Assembly (NCBI GenBank): GCA_009602735.1
Contig: WELA01001079.1
Location: 244,440-299,833 of the forward strand
DNA length: 55,394 nt
Reading direction: 5' to 3'
From: Mesotaenium endlicherianum
Lineage: Eukaryota
Made by a program: the position numbers and the translations under genes. The notes below the pieces were generated by a model. That model saw nothing but the letters and a program-made list of their open reading frames with translations, was not told the origin of the DNA and did no database searches. Of this stretch, positions 50,200 through 55,394 are shown one piece after another. Every line of letters begins with the position of its first letter. The stretch's first letter is position 1.

Positions 50200-51978
50200 T
50201 TAACTTGTTGTCGCCTCGACAACATTAAACTGCAGAAATTTTAAATAAGGGAACTGAACCTGACCAGCCTCCTTTACTGACTGCCTCTTCAACGTGTCAC
50301 CATAAGGGGTTGTTCCTGGGGCTTCAGAATCAGGAGACGGAGATCTGGACCTAGATCTGGACAGCCCTCTAAATCTGTCAGCTGGCCTTCTAAAGAACCC
50401 TGTTTGCTCTAAAGTTGGCCCTCGGGGAGAACGGAGGATGGTGGCCTGCTCTTCAACTATTTGGGTGTTGATTCCCACATAGACAGGCATTCCAGTAGGA
50501 TGCTGAAATACATTGGCTAGAGGTACATGCCCCTGAGCGGAGGGGGAGGCTGGCATACCTCTGGCCCACCCGCGTGTCCCTCTTCTGGCACCTCTGTCCT
50601 CTGGGGATTTCTGTCTGTGTCTGCTGCCCAGTACCGTCAGATCAGCTTCTTCCCCTGCTTGGGCAGGTGGGCTGGGGGAGCGAGCGCGGGGTCCAGTTGT
50701 CGCCATAACGGGGATCACATTCCACACACCTGATTGTGGTTCTTTAGGAAGTGCCACTGTCTGTCTTTGGGTATCCTGAGTACCCGTTGCTGATGCTTCT
50801 CCTCTGCCCTGTCCTTCTTCCTCATCCTCCTCATCCTCCTCCTCGGAGAGAGTAGGGGTCTTGTCCACTAAGTCGTCCTGCTCCCTAGTAGACATGGAGT
50901 AGTCTACCGACCTCCCTTTCTTAGGGCGTGTTGGAGGTTGCTTGGCCTTCAGCCTACTGATATCTATCCGGCCTGCATTCTTTGCCCATTTGACAAAGGC
51001 ATGCTTTCCCTTAGAGAAGTACTCTCTTCCCCTCCTCCTATGTTCCTTGGTCTCTGCATTCATATTGCTCAGGCATCCATTCAGCCTGGGGTCCCAAGGG
51101 GCAATGTGAGGTGGTAGGATGAGATAGCCGTCTAGGCCATAGTGGAAGTCATCCGGTTGGGCTCGGTCACACTCCTGCTTCTTATTTGTGACGGTCATCC
51201 ACCTCCAGTCTGTTGGCTGCTGGTAGTACTGGGGTCCGTGCTCAGCCTTCCTCAGTTTACACGGGAACCAGTGGGGAGAGAACATCTGCTGTCCTGCTTC
51301 CCTGGCCAAGTACTCCCAGCTCCTTCTCTCAACTTCATTGTAAGCTGGCAGGAGTGTGAGGTAGAATACCGTATCCTTAAAGCTATCGGGCCGCATGCTC
51401 ACCATCCGGATGAGTCTCTGATCTCCCACTATTCCCGGTATGGGGACCGGCTTGTCCTCTGAATCATCTGCGAGATACCGGGCCTGCTCTGCTGTATAGC
51501 CCACCATCTTAGCATAATCTTCGTAAAGGACCACGCCGGTGTGTGTCTCGATGTACCTGTCCAGTGCTGTAGCTCCTTCCTTCTGTAGCAGTGTTGTCTG
51601 TTCCAGCCTGTTGATCTCCTGGGCTGCCAGCAATGCTTCCTTCAGGTTATCGAAGTTTTGGCCACCCACCACAGTATACCTGTAAGTGGCCAAGCTCTTC
51701 TGTCTGTCCGCTTCAATCTTTTTTCTTTTCTCCTCTTCTGCCGCTGCCGCTTCTTCTTGCTGTTTCTTCTGTCTCTCCTCCTCAGCCTTCCTGAGGTTTT
51801 CCGCTTCCTGATCCTTCTTCCTCTGTGCCTCTTCTGCCGCCTCTTGTTGTTTGCGGACCCTTTCTTGTTCTCTCCTGGTGAGGGACGTCGCCGCCAGCTC
51901 CTTCTGGTATTGCTCCATTGTCCTCCTGGCTTCTTCTGCCTTGCGCTTTCTGTCCTCCTTTTGTGTGGTGGGCGCCAT
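50200..51978 (-). CDS. Intact ~592-aa extra ORF of unknown function between pol and the 3' LTR
   Basis: Uninterrupted frame, likely start MAPTTQK at 51978, stop abutting the PPT. Conserved with 35760-37637. Charged coiled-coil-like N-terminus, aromatic-rich core, acidic/RG/RS tail. Confidence 0.8.
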   Translation of the reverse strand: MAPTTQKEDRKRKAEEARRTMEQYQKELAATSLTRREQERVRKQQEAAEEAQRKKDQEAENLRKAEEERQKKQQEEAAAAEEEKRKKIEADRQKSLATYRYTVVGGQNFDNLKEALLAAQEINRLEQTTLLQKEGATALDRYIETHTGVVLYEDYAKMVGYTAEQARYLADDSEDKPVPIPGIVGDQRLIRMVSMRPDSFKDTVFYLTLLPAYNEVERRSWEYLAREAGQQMFSPHWFPCKLRKAEHGPQYYQQPTDWRWMTVTNKKQECDRAQPDDFHYGLDGYLILPPHIAPWDPRLNGCLSNMNAETKEHRRRGREYFSKGKHAFVKWAKNAGRIDISRLKAKQPPTRPKKGRSVDYSMSTREQDDLVDKTPTLSEEEDEEDEEEGQGRGEASATGTQDTQRQTVALPKEPQSGVWNVIPVMATTGPRARSPSPPAQAGEEADLTVLGSRHRQKSPEDRGARRGTRGWARGMPASPSAQGHVPLANVFQHPTGMPVYVGINTQIVEEQATILRSPRGPTLEQTGFFRRPADRFRGLSRSRSRSPSPDSEAPGTTPYGDTLKRQSVKEAGQVQFPYLKFLQFNVVEATTS

Positions 51979-52245
51979 CCTGCACATGTAACCAGGGCAC
52001 AAGTTAGTAGGATATGGACCTTTGTCATAGGGATTGCAGGAAGTATGTTAGTATTTAGTATAGTGGCTTCGCTGCTGTTTACCTTACAGGATGATTGCTA
52101 AAAGTTGACGTAGTTGCGATGCGCTACACATAAACGTATGAGTGTGTTTTTATCGCTCTCGCTCACTAACTGTCATATATTTTCCCCTCCAACTTAAATG
52201 GAGACAGGACCGCCTGTCACCTTCCCGTGTCAACTGAAATGACAG

Positions 52246-54393
52246 TTATGGAGGGACTCCAGCGGCCCGAAGGTGGAACCGTGTCAACGCCCCTTTGGCA
52301 TTGGTCAAGTGGTCCTTAAACTCCCAAGTGTCCCCAGAGGCATCGTAACCCTTCCATCGAATGAGGTATTTCATGACATATTTAGACGATCGACGGACCG
52401 AGCGAGCGTCTAAAATCTCATCGACCTCATATTCCTCAGGGTCGCCGTCCCGGACAGCGGGGACCGGTCCCGGTTGGACAGGGAACCGACCTGTGAACAG
52501 TGTATCACCTTTGATGTACGGTTCCAGGAAGGAGACATTAAAGACCGGGTGCCCCTTGTATTCAGCTGACATGTTCAGTTTGTAAGCATTCTGACCGACA
52601 CGACGGACCACCGAATATGGACCGACCCAGACAGGGCCAAGCTTTTTCTTGACCACACCAGGGAGGTACAGGTGCTGAGAATGCAGTTTGACTAAATCCC
52701 CCTTGGAAAATGTCAGTTCCCGACGGTGTTGATTAGCGTATTTTTGTTGGTTTTCTTGGGCCGTGTGCAAGTTTCGTTGGACTTCTGACAGGGTGTCAGC
52801 AAACTCCTGAGTTAACTGGAGGGAGACCGGGTTGTCAATCCCTTCAGGGTGAGTTAAAGATTCCCCTAGCACATCTAGAGGAGACTTAGGGACTCTACCC
52901 AGGCTGAGTTCAAAAGGAGTTTTGCCCGTTGACGCGTGCACCGCACTGTTGACCGCAAACTGAATTTGAGGCAACAGGTCATCCCAATTATCTTGTTTTT
53001 GGTTAATATATGCTCTCAGCACCTCCTGCAGAACTCGGTTAGTTCTTTCAGTCTGCCCATCAGTCTGAGGGTGGTTTGCTGTGCTGAGCAGCTGTTTGAC
53101 TCCCATTAACCCCATTAAAGCTCTCCAGAACTTAGAGGTGAATTTTGAGTCTCTGTCTGAGATGATATTAGAAGGGAGCCCATGTTGGCATACTACATGG
53201 TTGTAAAACTGTCTCGCTGTTTCGAGTGCAGTCACTTTGACAGTTGTGGGGATAAAAATGACCATTTTTGTCAGTTTATCCACGACTACCAGTATTGAAT
53301 CATGCCCGTTGGCAGTTCTTGGTAGTGAGACCACCCAGTCCATGGATATAGTTTCCCAGCGTCCCGCTGGGATGGGTAGCGGTTGCAAGAGACCTCCGGG
53401 TGGTGTGTGCCGAGACTTATTTCTCTGACACTGGTCACAGGACTTGACATATTTCAAGACCTCCCGGGGTAACCCCTCCCAATGATAATGTTTTGCCAGT
53501 TTGCCAACAGTTTTGGCCTGCCCCAAATGTCCACCCAGGAGACTGTCATGAGCTTGACTCAGTAAGAGAGACCTTATTTCCAAGTTATTAGGAATGACCA
53601 GCTTCAGCCTGCCTGAAGTGGTTTCAGTCACCCAGACCCCTCCCTTGAGCTTATACCCGAGTGCAGTAGCACGACACACACCAGTAGTGGGGCTGGGCTC
53701 AAATGTTGGGTCAGAAAGGTAGGCTTTCCTAAGTTGTTCAAGGAAGGACTTTTTCACCTTTAGTGAAGTGAGTGCACACAGGACTTTATCTACAGCATGC
53801 TGACTAAAGTTCCTTTCTTGCAAGTCAGGTCTTCTAGAGAGTGCATCAGCAGGATTCAACTTCCCTGGTTTGTAGTCGATCTGGACTTGGAACTGCTCCA
53901 GCATCTGGCTCCAGCGGTTCTCCCTCCTCGACAGCTTGGACTTCTTCTGAAAGTGGGTCAGAGCTAGATGATCTGTAATCACCTTAAAAGCTTTACCATG
54001 TAAGTATGCTCTCCACTGTTTGAGTACATGAATGATAGCTAGCAGCTCTTTATCATGCACTGAGTAATTAATCTCCGCTGGATTAAATTTCATAGACTCA
54101 TATAACACAGGATGCCATTTCTGCCGTACCTTACCATCCATTGTGGTTTTGTCAGCAGCTTGCAACAAAACAGCACCCATGGCAAAATCAGAGGCATCAG
54201 TAATCACCTGCACCGGTTTGCTGGGGTCATACACGGCTAGCACTGGGGCAGAACAAAGGGCATCCTTAAGAATCTGGAAGGCAGCCTGCTGCTCTTCCCC
54301 CCACACATACCCAATGTCTTTCTTAGTAAGGTCAGTCAGTTTACTGGCCTTTGTGGAACAATTCTCAATAAATCTCTTATAGTAGTTAGCCAA
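52246..54393 (-). CDS. pol: Gypsy B pol C-terminal half: RNase H, integrase, chromodomain (open 715-aa frame, but detached from RT)
   Basis: TDASDFAMGAVL, DKELLAI, TDH, AHDSLLGGHLG...CDQC, ISMDWV, SDRD, QTERTN, GPY, EEYEVDEILD...YLIRWKGY...DTWE. Confidence 0.9.
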   Translation of the reverse strand: MANYYKRFIENCSTKASKLTDLTKKDIGYVWGEEQQAAFQILKDALCSAPVLAVYDPSKPVQVITDASDFAMGAVLLQAADKTTMDGKVRQKWHPVLYESMKFNPAEINYSVHDKELLAIIHVLKQWRAYLHGKAFKVITDHLALTHFQKKSKLSRRENRWSQMLEQFQVQIDYKPGKLNPADALSRRPDLQERNFSQHAVDKVLCALTSLKVKKSFLEQLRKAYLSDPTFEPSPTTGVCRATALGYKLKGGVWVTETTSGRLKLVIPNNLEIRSLLLSQAHDSLLGGHLGQAKTVGKLAKHYHWEGLPREVLKYVKSCDQCQRNKSRHTPPGGLLQPLPIPAGRWETISMDWVVSLPRTANGHDSILVVVDKLTKMVIFIPTTVKVTALETARQFYNHVVCQHGLPSNIISDRDSKFTSKFWRALMGLMGVKQLLSTANHPQTDGQTERTNRVLQEVLRAYINQKQDNWDDLLPQIQFAVNSAVHASTGKTPFELSLGRVPKSPLDVLGESLTHPEGIDNPVSLQLTQEFADTLSEVQRNLHTAQENQQKYANQHRRELTFSKGDLVKLHSQHLYLPGVVKKKLGPVWVGPYSVVRRVGQNAYKLNMSAEYKGHPVFNVSFLEPYIKGDTLFTGRFPVQPGPVPAVRDGDPEEYEVDEILDARSVRRSSKYVMKYLIRWKGYDASGDTWEFKDHLTNAKGALTRFHLRAAGVPP

Positions 54394-54410
54394 CCCGAGG
54401 AAGGATCTGG

Positions 54411-55200
54411 CTAGTCCCTTATGGTCTGGACTTTCTTAGGATCCACACTGATGCCCTCTTTACTGAAAACGTGGCCTAAGAATTCAATACTTTCCTTAAA
54501 GAAATCACACTTGCTCATTTTAGCATACAAGTGATTTTTCTGCAGAGTGTGCAGAACTTTCTTTAAGTGTTCAGTGTGCTGAGCTCCATCTTTAGAGAAA
54601 ATTAAAATATCATCGAGGAAAACTTCCACAAACTTATCCAAATAAGGTCTGAAAATGTCATTCATAGCACCCATAAAGGTAGCAGGAGCATTAGTCAGTC
54701 CAAATGGCATCACGTTGTACTCATAGTGTCCATAACGTGTGCGGAAAGCAGTCTTGTGTTCATCCCCCTCAGCAATTCTGATTTGATGATAACCACTCTT
54801 GAGATCTATCTTACTGAACACCTTAGCGCCAGACAGGGTATCAAGCAAGTCCTCGATTCTGGGTAAAGCATACTTGTTCTTTACTGTAATTCTGTTCAGG
54901 GCTCTGTAATCCACACACATCCGCATACTGCCATCCTTTTTCTTAACAAATAGGATAGGTGCGCCGTACGGTGATTTACTGGGAGAAATGTAACCATTTT
55001 CCTCCAGTTCTGCAATCTGTATTTTCAACTCCTCACTCTCCAAATAAGACAAGCCATACGTGCGTTGCCAGGGTGGCTGGCTACCAGGTAGTAAATCAAT
55101 CCTATGATCTACTTCCCGCTTAGGGGGTAATCCTGGAGGCATATTAAACACATCCGTGTACTGAGCAACAATGTTTGCAGCAGTAGGGTGTTCCGGAGTT
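54411..55200 (-). pseudogene. pol: Gypsy B reverse transcriptase, ending in a TAG stop plus a 25-bp deletion
   Basis: [62 protein letters not shown]. Confidence 0.93.
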
Positions 55201-55328
55201 ACTAAATTTACAAGCAAGGTATCTACATGTTCACAAAAACATTCTCTGTTCAATTATTTACTCAAATTAACAATCACATGAACTTAACACACATTATATG
55301 TGACCAAAGGAGTCATACATTTCTAATC
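55200..55328 (-). repeat. Remnant of the copia B 5' LTR
   Basis: aaggtatctaca...tttactcaaattaacaatcacat...gaccaaag...tacatttctaa matches 38685-38795. Confidence 0.8.
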
Positions 55329-55347
55329 TCTCTGTCTCTCCCTCTCC

Positions 55348-55393
<46 letters not shown>
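55327..55393. repeat. (CT)n microsatellite, right flank of copia B
   Basis: Directly visible. Confidence 0.95.

Positions 55394-55394
<1 letters not shown>

Larger units (their letters stand above)
49468..55200 (-). mobile_element. Ty3/gypsy chromovirus family B, copy 2, 5'-truncated
   Basis: RT, RH-IN-chromodomain, extra ORF, PPT (gggagaga, ~50190-50197) and 3' LTR 49468-50188 are present; 5' LTR, gag and protease are missing. Confidence 0.92.
17818..55328 (-). mobile_element. Ty1/copia element B, old and fragmented by nested insertions
   Basis: 3' LTR runs 38797 down to 38374 and is inferred to continue at 17915-17818 (ending ...ttttcaCA on -). 5' LTR remnant ~55200-55328 matches 38670-38797. 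Both ends abut (CT)n. Coding fragments lie at 47651-49467 and 38817-40203. Confidence 0.7.

Noticed and set aside
50200..51978. Retroviral-type env gene
   Set aside because: The position fits, but no signal peptide, transmembrane helix or fusion-protein features are visible; the protein is highly charged.

Overview
Eukaryotic, transposon-saturated window with no recognisable host gene, RNA gene or CRISPR array. A plant or streptophyte-alga host is inferred from the element lineages, iMet-type primer binding sites (PBS) and CG/CHG decay. The left part is a decayed PIF/Harbinger element: a transposase on + that is split by a full chromodomain Ty3/gypsy element (family A, 1103-6908), and a convergent multi-exon Myb/trihelix partner gene on -. 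From 15125 to the right edge lies hAT element 1. Its (CT)n tract holds a ~37.5 kb nested stack: copia B (17818-~55328) contains gypsy B copy 1 (17916-38368), hAT 3 (40212-47642) and gypsy B copy 2 (49468-~55200). Gypsy B copy 1 in turn contains a hAT MITE, a family A solo LTR and hAT 2 (24046-35711), and hAT 2 contains copia A (27809-33057). Most boundaries are supported by readable target-site duplications (TSDs). The best candidate for an undescribed system is in gypsy family B. It carries a same-sense ~592-aa extra ORF between the chromodomain integrase and the 3' LTR, intact in copy 2 and conserved in copy 1. The ORF has no transmembrane segment and is preceded by a putative ~103-nt intron and a second polypurine-tract (PPT)-like sequence. 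Also notable are GC-rich palindromic minisatellite arrays inside the DNA transposons and a copia gag that starts inside the LTR. Identities and counts are hand estimates.
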